DNA of 64,000 nt from Christensenellaceae bacterium (GCA_045654365.1 JAZONF010000009.1:45345-109344), one strand, 5' to 3'. Positions 47,377-55,869 are shown, counted from the first letter of the stretch. Numbers and translations: made by a program. The notes: generated by a model not told the origin, from the letters alone.

Positions 47377-49662
47377 ATGGAGTTACTTGATTTAAAAATT
47401 AAGGAAATGGCGGAGCGTATAAGGGAGCTTCGTGAGATTGAGGGAAAAACTCAAGAGGAAATGGCTAAAAAGACGGACGTTTCTTTGGAAGAATACGTTT
47501 TGTGTGAAGAGGGTAAAAGTGACCTTAATTTTGCCTTTATTTACCGTTGCGCAAACGCACTTGGGGTAAACGTTACCGATATAATCGAGGGTTTTTCACC
47601 TAAACTTACTTCTTACACCGTTACGAGAAAGGGTAAAGGTCAAGAGATAGCAAACGCCCACGGTATGACTTATTATAACCTTGCTTATGCTTTCCAAAAT
47701 CGTATTGCTGAGCCTTTATACGTTAAAACCGTTTACGACCCTGAGGCGGAGAGAAAACCTATCGAGTGCACTACCCACGCTGGGCAGGAAATAGACATAG
47801 TAGTTTCCGGCAAACTTATGGTTCAAGTAGGAAAACATAGAGAAACACTTAACGCTGGTGATAGTATTTATTACGATAGTAGCACGCCACACGGCATGAT
47901 TGCAGTTGGTGGTGAAGATTGTGTGTTTTACGCAATAGTATTAAACCCATCTGGTGAGCCTATCCCAGACCTTGAGGGTGAAAGTGCAGTTGCTGGTAAA
48001 TCTATTAAAGCCGTTGCTAAGGATAGAGGGGATAGAATATATAAAAAGTACGTTGACGTTAAAGAGGACGAAAACGGTTATCCCTTAAAAATTAAATTTA
48101 AAAATACCGATAAGTTCAACTTTGCTTTCGACCTTGTTGACGCTATTGCTGAGCGTGAGCCTGATAAACTTGCAATGTTGCATGTTTCCAAAGACAAAAC
48201 GGAAAGAAGATTTACCTTTTCCGATATAAAAAAGGAATCAAATAGGTGCGCAAACTACTTTAAGTCGATAGGTGTTAAAAAGGGTGATAAAGTTCTATTA
48301 GTATTAAAAAGGCATTATCAATTTTGGCCTATTATGATGGGTTTAAACAAAATCGGCGCAATAGCAATATTAGCGTCTAACCAACTTCAGGAACACGATT
48401 TTGAGTATAGGTTTAAGTCCGCCGGTGTATCTACCGTAATTTGTACTGCCGACGGAGAGACTTATCGTCAAGCGGAACTCGCTATGGCTAAATACGGAAA
48501 GATGAAGCGCAAAATTTCCGTTAACGGCGAAATTTCAGGTTGGAGAAATTTTGACGAAGAGTATAAAATGTATAGTACTCATTTTGAAAGGACGGAAGAT
48601 ACCGCTTGCGGTAACGACCCACTTTTAATGTTTTTTACTTCTGGAACTTCTGGCTACCCCAAGATGGCAATGCATAACCATAAATATCCTTTAGGGCATT
48701 TCCACACAGCAAAATATTGGCACTCGGTTGATACTAACGGTTTGCATTTTACCATTTCTGATACCGGTTGGGCAAAGTCAATGTGGGGAAAACTCTATGG
48801 ACAATGGCTTGCGGAAGGCGCAATTTTCGTTTACGATTTCGATAGGTTTGATGCAGGGGATATTCTTCCTATGTTTGCTAAACATAAGATTACTTCTTTC
48901 TGTGCTCCACCTACTATGCTTAGAATGATGATTAAGCAAGATTTATCTAAATACGATTTATCCTCCGTTAAGCATATGACTACTGCTGGAGAAGCGTTAA
49001 ATCCCGAAGTTTATCGTCAGTTTGAAAAATTAACGGGACTTCAAATACACGAGGGTTTTGGTCAATCGGAAAGTACTATGATTTTAGGAAATATGATTGG
49101 CGCACCTCACAAGATTGGCTCTATGGGTAAACCTGCACCTATTTACGACGTTTCTATCGTAGATGCAGATTGTAAACCCGTTCCCGTAGGCGAGGTTGGT
49201 GAAATCGTTGTTAACGTATCTAAAGGTGCACCTTGCGGTTTGTTTACGGGTTATTATAACGACGAGGAAAAGACTAAAGAAGTTTGGCACGACGGATTTT
49301 ATCATACAGGCGATACCGCTTGGATGGACGAGGACGGATATTATTGGTACGTTGGTAGGGTGGACGACGTTATTAAATCGTCAGGCTACCGCATAGGACC
49401 TTTTGAAATTGAAAGCGTTATTATGGAACTTCCGTACGTTTTAGAGTGTGGCGTTTCGGCTGCGCCCGACGAAGTTCGTGGACAAGTTGTTAAAGCAAGT
49501 ATCGTTTTAGTTAAAGGTACTGAGCCTACTGAAGAACTTAAAAAGGATATTCAAAAATACGTTAAAGAAAGGACTGCTCCTTATAAGTATCCAAGAATCG
49601 TTGTGTTTAGAGATGAATTGCCTAAAACCACGAGTGGTAAAATTCAAAGAAACAAATTATAA
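47377..49662 (+). CDS. fusion protein: XRE-family HTH + cupin domain + medium-chain acyl-CoA-synthetase-type adenylate-forming enzyme
   Basis: ATG 47377 follows AGGAG. HTH (KTQEEMAKKTDVSLEEYVLCEEGK), cupin (HAGQEIDIVVSGKLMVQVG...GDSIYYDSSTPHGM), ANL motifs FFTSGTSGYPK, YHTGDTAW, GRVDDVIKSSGYRIGPFEIES, PKTTSGKIQRNKL. The ORF-track 5' extension from 47302 covers the T-box terminator and is rejected. Confidence 0.85.
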   Translation: MELLDLKIKEMAERIRELREIEGKTQEEMAKKTDVSLEEYVLCEEGKSDLNFAFIYRCANALGVNVTDIIEGFSPKLTSYTVTRKGKGQEIANAHGMTYYNLAYAFQNRIAEPLYVKTVYDPEAERKPIECTTHAGQEIDIVVSGKLMVQVGKHRETLNAGDSIYYDSSTPHGMIAVGGEDCVFYAIVLNPSGEPIPDLEGESAVAGKSIKAVAKDRGDRIYKKYVDVKEDENGYPLKIKFKNTDKFNFAFDLVDAIAEREPDKLAMLHVSKDKTERRFTFSDIKKESNRCANYFKSIGVKKGDKVLLVLKRHYQFWPIMMGLNKIGAIAILASNQLQEHDFEYRFKSAGVSTVICTADGETYRQAELAMAKYGKMKRKISVNGEISGWRNFDEEYKMYSTHFERTEDTACGNDPLLMFFTSGTSGYPKMAMHNHKYPLGHFHTAKYWHSVDTNGLHFTISDTGWAKSMWGKLYGQWLAEGAIFVYDFDRFDAGDILPMFAKHKITSFCAPPTMLRMMIKQDLSKYDLSSVKHMTTAGEALNPEVYRQFEKLTGLQIHEGFGQSESTMILGNMIGAPHKIGSMGKPAPIYDVSIVDADCKPVPVGEVGEIVVNVSKGAPCGLFTGYYNDEEKTKEVWHDGFYHTGDTAWMDEDGYYWYVGRVDDVIKSSGYRIGPFEIESVIMELPYVLECGVSAAPDEVRGQVVKASIVLVKGTEPTEELKKDIQKYVKERTAPYKYPRIVVFRDELPKTTSGKIQRNKL

Positions 49663-49672
49663 TTTAATTAAT

Positions 49673-49711
49673 AAAAAACCTCTTGAAACGTTTGGTTTCG
49701 AGAGGTTTTTA
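49673..49711. terminator. bidirectional rho-independent terminator between convergent genes
   Basis: AACCTCTTGAAAC (49677-89) pairs with GTTTCGAGAGGTT (49695-707). Flanked by an A run and a T run. Confidence 0.8.
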
Positions 49712-49733
49712 TATATTGTTAATTATTTTATCT

Positions 49734-50366
49734 TTATTCGTCTTGAGGAAAACTATTTTCTTTCTCAATCTCGGCGGGTGGTACGTCTGTTGATTTCTTA
49801 AATCGAATTTCTGCAACTATAATGGAACTCATAACGAATATTTCGTTTATAACGCCAGAGAAGGAGAAATATACGGAGTTATATATTAGCCAAAGCGCAG
49901 AAGAGGGGAAATTTAAGCATCTCAATTTATGCGGGTCTTTAAGTCCGTATCCTATGGTGGTAAGCGATTTTGCGATAATAGAAAAGATGCTCATTGTTAC
50001 CGCAAGGATAATCATTAGAGTGTAATTATTAGTCCTTTTAGCCATTTTGCTTACTAAACCTTTCCAAGTAAAAACTATCGTAACTATACCAGCAATTATG
50101 GTAAAAATGGTAAAACCTATAATCCAAGGTTTATTATCCTTTCCCTTTTTAACATTTTCGGCAAAAATGAAGTTTCTTATTATCCCGATAAAGTCCAAAA
50201 CCATACCGGTATATGCACCTAAGAAGAAATATTGCAAAACGAACATAAACGTTCCTAAAGTTTTGCAAAGCATTATCTTATAGTGCTTATTAAATTGTAC
50301 GGATATAGTCATAAAAAGTATACCAATAAAGCCTAAACCTTGCACGAAGATATCCCACCAAAACAT
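49734..50366 (-). CDS. YgjV-family inner-membrane protein
   Basis: 210 aa with about 6 TM helices. N-terminus GLGFIGILFMTISVQFNKH resembles the YgjV family. AAGGAG RBS. Confidence 0.55.
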   Translation of the reverse strand: MFWWDIFVQGLGFIGILFMTISVQFNKHYKIMLCKTLGTFMFVLQYFFLGAYTGMVLDFIGIIRNFIFAENVKKGKDNKPWIIGFTIFTIIAGIVTIVFTWKGLVSKMAKRTNNYTLMIILAVTMSIFSIIAKSLTTIGYGLKDPHKLRCLNFPSSALWLIYNSVYFSFSGVINEIFVMSSIIVAEIRFKKSTDVPPAEIEKENSFPQDE

Positions 50367-50505
50367 AATGCTTTCTCCTTTATTTATCCAAAAATATTAT
50401 AGGATTTGCTTATTTTTTTGTCAATAAAATTATACCGTATATTAGGGATTATTTTAAATGGGTAAAAAATGTTAAAAAAAATTAATAAATATTTCGTTAA
50501 AATAA

Positions 50506-50534
50506 TTGACATATAACCTAAGGTTATATATAAT
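50506..50534 (+). promoter_or_regulatory. consensus sigma-A promoter (TTGACA-17-TATAAT) whose entire spacer is a perfect palindrome (putative operator)
   Basis: TTGACA 50506-11 and TATAAT 50529-34. The spacer TATAACCT-A-AGGTTATA (50512-28) is an 8+8 perfect inverted repeat. Confidence 0.6.
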
Positions 50535-50614
50535 AGTTTCCGTTATTAAAGTTTAACTTTATTAAACTTTTTGTTAAAAATGCCTAAACTAAGTAAAAAT
50601 CCGAGGTGGAGATT

Positions 50615-51151
50615 ATGAAAATAGGTGAAAAGATAAAAAATTTACGACTGTTTTGTGAACTTACGCAAGAGGAACTTGCCGATAGGTGCGAACTAACTAA
50701 AGGATATATTTCTCAACTTGAAAACGATTTAACCAGTCCGTCTATTGCAACTCTTATAGATATTCTTTCGGCGCTACGAACGGACTTGAAGGAGTTTTTT
50801 TCCGACGTTGGTACGGAGGATAAGATTAGTTTTAATAAAAACGAGTTTATTGAAAAACAAGCAGACGGGTACGTTATAAATTGGCTTGCGCCAAACGGTC
50901 AAAAAAACACAATGGAGCCTATACATCTAAAACTTGATGCGGGAGCAAGTACGGACGAAGATATTCCGCACGAGGGGGAAGAGTTTGGCTACGTTATTAA
51001 GGGCGAAATAGCCGTGGTGCTTGGAAAAAGAAAGGTTAAAGTAAAAAAGGGCGAAAGTTTTTATTTTACTTCCAAATCAGTACATAAAATAATCAACGTT
51101 TCTAAGTCGGAAGCGGAAGTGGTATGGGTATCGTCCCCACCATCTTTTTAA
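50615..51151 (+). CDS. XRE-family HTH + cupin transcriptional regulator (PuuR-like)
   Basis: IKNLRLFCELTQEELADRCELTKGYISQLEN HTH. C-terminal cupin (HEGEEFGYVIKGEIAVVLG...GESFYF). ATG 50615 follows GAGGTGGA. Confidence 0.8.
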   Translation: MKIGEKIKNLRLFCELTQEELADRCELTKGYISQLENDLTSPSIATLIDILSALRTDLKEFFSDVGTEDKISFNKNEFIEKQADGYVINWLAPNGQKNTMEPIHLKLDAGASTDEDIPHEGEEFGYVIKGEIAVVLGKRKVKVKKGESFYFTSKSVHKIINVSKSEAEVVWVSSPPSF

Positions 51152-51168
51152 TGAAAGGAGAGGAAATT

Positions 51169-52683
51169 ATGGCAGATTATACTAATGAAAAAATAATAGA
51201 ATTGGTTGGTATTAACCGTACTTTTGACGACGGTGTGGTAGCCGTTGACAACTTTAATTTTTACGTACGTAGGGGGGAATTCGTAACCTTTTTAGGGCCT
51301 TCTGGTTGTGGTAAAACTACAACTCTTCGTATGATAGCAGGTTTTGATAAACCAACGGAGGGTAAAATTTTGCTTAACGGAAAGGATATAACAAACCTTC
51401 CGCCCAACCAACGTCCGGTAAATACCGTTTTCCAAAGGTATGCACTCTTTCCGCACCTTAACGTTTATGAAAATATAGCGTTTGGATTAAAACTTAGAAA
51501 GTACAAGGTAACTTATCAAGATGAAAATGGGAAAACCTTTAGTAAGGTAGAGAAACTTTCTAAAAAAGAAATTGATAAAAAGGTGGAAAAAGTTCTTCAT
51601 ATGGTTGACCTTGAGGGGTTTGAAAAAAGAAGTGTTTCCACGCTTTCGGGCGGTCAACAACAAAGGGTTGCTATTGCAAGGGCACTTGTTAACGAGCCGG
51701 AAATTTTACTTCTTGATGAACCTTTGGGTGCACTTGACCTTAAGATGAGAAAGGATATGCAGTTAGAGTTAAAAGAGATGCATAAAAAACTTGGCATAAC
51801 TTTTATCTACGTAACGCACGATCAGGAAGAGGCTCTTACTATGAGTGATACTATTTTAGTTATGAAGGACGGAGTTATTCAACAAATCGGTACGCCTACC
51901 GATATTTATAACGAGCCTAAAAACACCTTCGTTGCAAACTTTATAGGTGAAAGCAATATTTTCTCCGGCACTATGGTAGGTAAGAAAAAGGTTAAGTTTA
52001 TAGGAGCATCCTTTGACTGTGTTGACGATTTCCCTAAAAATGAAAAGGTAGATATCGTAGTTCGTCCTGAGGACGTTGCTATCGTTTCAGCAGAAGAGGG
52101 GCAGGCCACTGGTAAAATCATTAGTTCTATATTTAAGGGCGTGCATTACGAGATGGTAATGAAGGTTGGCAAGAACGAGGTAGTTATTCAGTCTACCGTG
52201 GAGCGAAAGGTTGGAGAAACAGTTTCTATCCGCATTGAGCCCGACAATATTCATATCATGGAAAAAGAGTTTTCTTCTAATAAGTACGATGGATATATAA
52301 CTAAAAAGAATACGGTTGTATTTGGTGACGGAGAGTTTGAGTGTGACGTTACTCAACTTTATCCCGGTTCTATTTTAGACGAAGAGGGATATTTAATTAC
52401 CGGTGATGGAGAAAAAATAGACCTTACCGACGTTGACGTTAACGTTGAGGTTGGCTTAAAAGATATTGAAATTTCCGACGACGCAGAAGAAGGTGGCGCA
52501 ATCGGTAATATAGTTTCTATAATCTATAAAGGAGACCACTATCAAGTTATAGTTAGGACGGACGAAGAGGAAGAAGATTACGTTTTAGATACTGAATATA
52601 CTTGGAACGAAAACGATAGAGTTTCCGTTATTATTCCTAAAGAAAAAATTAAACTTTCCTTAAAGCAGGAGATTAAAAGATGA
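51169..52683 (+). CDS. potA: spermidine/putrescine-type ABC transporter ATPase, extended form with second C-terminal TOBE-like domain
   Basis: GPSGCGKTTTLRMIAG, LSGGQQQRVAIARAL, LLLDEPLGALD. A first TOBE-like segment ends near ...IRIEPDNIHIM, then an extra roughly 130 aa with a second IYKGDHYQVIV...VSVIIPKEKI segment. Confidence 0.85.
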   Translation: MADYTNEKIIELVGINRTFDDGVVAVDNFNFYVRRGEFVTFLGPSGCGKTTTLRMIAGFDKPTEGKILLNGKDITNLPPNQRPVNTVFQRYALFPHLNVYENIAFGLKLRKYKVTYQDENGKTFSKVEKLSKKEIDKKVEKVLHMVDLEGFEKRSVSTLSGGQQQRVAIARALVNEPEILLLDEPLGALDLKMRKDMQLELKEMHKKLGITFIYVTHDQEEALTMSDTILVMKDGVIQQIGTPTDIYNEPKNTFVANFIGESNIFSGTMVGKKKVKFIGASFDCVDDFPKNEKVDIVVRPEDVAIVSAEEGQATGKIISSIFKGVHYEMVMKVGKNEVVIQSTVERKVGETVSIRIEPDNIHIMEKEFSSNKYDGYITKKNTVVFGDGEFECDVTQLYPGSILDEEGYLITGDGEKIDLTDVDVNVEVGLKDIEISDDAEEGGAIGNIVSIIYKGDHYQVIVRTDEEEEDYVLDTEYTWNENDRVSVIIPKEKIKLSLKQEIKR

Positions 52684-53540
52684 TTAAAGGAAAGATTATT
52701 GCTAAAACGCCGTTAGAAAAAAAGTTTAAATTAAACGGCAAAATAGGTTTTTCAAGAAAGCAACTTTGTATTCCTTACGGGTTATTTTTACTTCTTTTTG
52801 TTGCTCTTCCCTTATTACTTGTTGTTTATTATGCTTTTACGGGGGAAGATGGAAGTTTTGGTTTTGCAAATTTTATTGCTTTTTTTGGCGATACGACTAA
52901 ACTTTCTACCTTATTTATAAGTATATTAGTTTCTCTTGCCGTTACCGCTATATGTTTATTGATTGCTTATCCCGTTGCTTATATTCTTTCTAGAATGAAA
53001 GGCAAGTTTGCGCTTATATGTTTACTTTTATTCGTAACGCCTATGTGGATAAACTTCGTTTTGCGTGCAATGGCAATGAAGGAACTTTTATCACTTGTTG
53101 GTGTTCCTCTTGGTAACTTTGCAAGTTTAATCGGGCTTACCTATGACTTTTTGCCCTTTATGATTTTGCCTATATATTCAACGCTTATAAAAATGGATAA
53201 GAGTTTGGAAGAGGCGGCTTTAGACCTTGGCGCAAACAAGGTTAAGGTTTTTACTGATATTACTATTCCGCTTTCAATGCCCGGGATTATAAGTGGGGCA
53301 ATGATGGTTTTTCTTCCCGTAATGAGTTGTTACGTAGTTACCGATACCTTTAGTGGAAGCACGGGCTTTACCGTTATTGGTAAACTTATCGCTTGGTGTT
53401 TCTTAGGGGAGGGCGGTACGTTATCCGACGTTCATGGAGGTGCAACCATTTCTCTCGTTATGCTTATAATTTTATTCGTAACGATGATTGCTACAGGCGG
53501 ATTTAAAAGTGAAAATAGCGTTAGGGGGACTAATTTATAA
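52680..53540 (+). CDS. potB: polyamine ABC transporter permease
   Basis: Six-TM binding-protein-dependent permease with EAA-type loop (LEEAALDLGANKVKVFTDITIP). Confidence 0.85.
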   Translation: MIKGKIIAKTPLEKKFKLNGKIGFSRKQLCIPYGLFLLLFVALPLLLVVYYAFTGEDGSFGFANFIAFFGDTTKLSTLFISILVSLAVTAICLLIAYPVAYILSRMKGKFALICLLLFVTPMWINFVLRAMAMKELLSLVGVPLGNFASLIGLTYDFLPFMILPIYSTLIKMDKSLEEAALDLGANKVKVFTDITIPLSMPGIISGAMMVFLPVMSCYVVTDTFSGSTGFTVIGKLIAWCFLGEGGTLSDVHGGATISLVMLIILFVTMIATGGFKSENSVRGTNL

Positions 53541-54337
53541 TGAAAAAGTTTTTATCAGTTTGTTATATCTTATTAGTTCTCGCCTTTGTATATATTCCTA
53601 TATTTTTACTTATTTTTTACAGTTTTAATAAAGGTAAGGCGATAGGCAACTTTGAAGGTTTTTCGCTCGTGTGGTACGGAAAACTTGGCGAGATAAAAGA
53701 CGTTGTGGTTAACACCGTTGTTCTTGCGTTAGTTTCTGCAACGGTTGCTACCGTATTAGGTACTCTCGGTGCGATAGGAATTTTTTATAACAAAGGTAGG
53801 CTTGGTAAATCTATAAACGGTTTATCACAAATACCCGTAGTTAATTCTGAGGTTGTAACGGCTTGTGCGCTCGTTATGTTGTTTATTGCACTTGGTCTTG
53901 CGCACCGTTCTATGTTTGGTTTGTATATTGGACATATTATCCTATGTACACCTTTTGTAGTATTATCCGTTATACCCAAACTAAAACAAATGGACGGCAG
54001 TTTATATGAGGCTGCTTTAGATCTTGGTGCAACACCTACTCAAGCATTGTTTAAGGTTATTTTACCGGAAATTTTACCAGGAATTTTATCTGGTTTTATG
54101 CTTGCGATTACTCTTTCGCTTGACGATTATATTATAACGGCAACGCTTTCGCCACTTGATTTTGACACCATAAGTACCGCCGTATATAAATCCATTGCCT
54201 TAACTACGGATAAAGCGAGCGAAAGAATCCCCGTTTATCGTGCACTAACTACTATAATATTCTTACTCACCGTTTTAGCGGTGGTATTGATGAACCTTTC
54301 TTCAAAGAAGAAAAACCAAGAAAAAAGGGGTGCTTAG
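53540..54337 (+). CDS. potC: polyamine ABC transporter permease
   Basis: Six-TM permease with EAA loop (LYEAALDLGATPTQALFKVILP). Confidence 0.85.
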   Translation: MKKFLSVCYILLVLAFVYIPIFLLIFYSFNKGKAIGNFEGFSLVWYGKLGEIKDVVVNTVVLALVSATVATVLGTLGAIGIFYNKGRLGKSINGLSQIPVVNSEVVTACALVMLFIALGLAHRSMFGLYIGHIILCTPFVVLSVIPKLKQMDGSLYEAALDLGATPTQALFKVILPEILPGILSGFMLAITLSLDDYIITATLSPLDFDTISTAVYKSIALTTDKASERIPVYRALTTIIFLLTVLAVVLMNLSSKKKNQEKRGA

Positions 54338-54338
54338 T

Positions 54339-55862
54339 ATGAAAATTTTAAGAAGAGCGACCTCATTGTTTCTTGCAGTTTTATTTAGTATAGCCTTGTT
54401 TTGTTCCAATGGAATATCTTTGGTTAAGGCGGAGGAAAAAGTCGTAACTGTCTTTTCCGTTGAGGATTATATTCACGAGGCTGAGGACGATAGTGAAGAA
54501 GGTGTATTAGATGTTTTTGAAAGAGAAACGGGTATAAAAGTAAACTATCTTACTTTTGCAACCAACGAGGATATGTATAACGAATTATCTAAAGACCCTT
54601 ATGCTTGCGACCTTCTATGTCCTTCCGAGTATATGATAATGAAACTTATGGAAGAGGATATGATTCGTTCCTTCGACACTCCATATAACTTTAAAGAATA
54701 CGGCTCGCCCTATATTAAAGACGTATTTAAGGGGCTTAAAATAGGCGAGGGTGAAAATGTTCGTCCATTTATGAGTGAAGACGAAGAAACTTCTTATGCA
54801 GTCGGTTATATGTGGGGAACGGTAGGTCTTATTTATAATACTGCTCCTAAAGCGGGTGGGGAAATTACTGCTAAAGATTTATCGAGCTGGAGCAATATTT
54901 GGACGAATTTTACTAAAAAGGTTACTATTAAAGATAGCATTAGGGATTCATATTTTATAGCCCTTGCTTACGTTTATCAGGACGAATTGCTTTCTGCAAA
55001 GGAAGAATATTTAAGCGGTGGTGACGCTATTAAATACAACCAAACCTTAACAGAAATCTTTAACCGTACCGACAAAGAGAGTGTAAGAAAGGTGGAAGAG
55101 GCTCTATTAAACCTAAAGAATAATCTTTACGGATTTGAAGTAGATGCTGGTAAAAACGACGTTTTGACTGGTAAAATAAACGTTAACGTTGCTTGGAGTG
55201 GTGACGCAGTTTGTTCTATTGAAGAGGCTCTTTTTGACTTAGACGGTAACCTAAAGGACGAGCCGTTATATCTTGGATATGCAGTTCCTGAAGAGGGTTC
55301 TAATATTTGGTTTGACGGATACGTTATGAATAAAAACGCCAATTACGATAACGCAATAAAATTTCTTGATTTTATTGCAAGACCTGACGTTGCGGTGCTC
55401 AATATGGACTACACTGGCTATACGAGTTGTGTTGCTGGGGAAGAGGTGTTTGAATACGTTTTAGATTCTTACGATTCTGATGAGGGTGTTAAAGAATACG
55501 ACTTAAAGTATTTCTTTGACCCAACTCACGAGGGAGATGATTACGTAGTTAACGTAGAAGAATTATATCTTTCTATGTTTGAGGCACAATATCCAACGGA
55601 AGAAATTATTAATCGTTGTGCCGTTATGCAAAATTTTTCGGGAGAGGACCTTGAAAGGGTTAACGAGATGTGGAAAAAGGTTAAACTTATTACCCTTTCA
55701 ACGGAAACTATTATTCTAATTCTTCTAATTGCTCTGTTGGTTATTGCTTTTGCGTTGGTTGTAAAGTATAAAGAGTGGGTTTTTGAAAAGTTGGAAAAAA
55801 TATTCCCAAAAAGAAGAGAAAAGAGTAAATTAAAAGTAATAAAAGTAGAAAAAATAAAATAG
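54339..55862 (+). CDS. potD: polyamine-type substrate-binding protein, enlarged, with C-terminal TM anchor
   Basis: PotD-like core (VFERETGIKVNYLTFATNEDMYNEL, CDLLCPSEYM). N-terminal signal sequence. C-terminal hydrophobic helix TIILILLIALLVIAFALVV followed by a Lys/Arg-rich tail. Confidence 0.75.
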   Translation: MKILRRATSLFLAVLFSIALFCSNGISLVKAEEKVVTVFSVEDYIHEAEDDSEEGVLDVFERETGIKVNYLTFATNEDMYNELSKDPYACDLLCPSEYMIMKLMEEDMIRSFDTPYNFKEYGSPYIKDVFKGLKIGEGENVRPFMSEDEETSYAVGYMWGTVGLIYNTAPKAGGEITAKDLSSWSNIWTNFTKKVTIKDSIRDSYFIALAYVYQDELLSAKEEYLSGGDAIKYNQTLTEIFNRTDKESVRKVEEALLNLKNNLYGFEVDAGKNDVLTGKINVNVAWSGDAVCSIEEALFDLDGNLKDEPLYLGYAVPEEGSNIWFDGYVMNKNANYDNAIKFLDFIARPDVAVLNMDYTGYTSCVAGEEVFEYVLDSYDSDEGVKEYDLKYFFDPTHEGDDYVVNVEELYLSMFEAQYPTEEIINRCAVMQNFSGEDLERVNEMWKKVKLITLSTETIILILLIALLVIAFALVVKYKEWVFEKLEKIFPKRREKSKLKVIKVEKIK

Positions 55863-55869
55863 GTGAATT

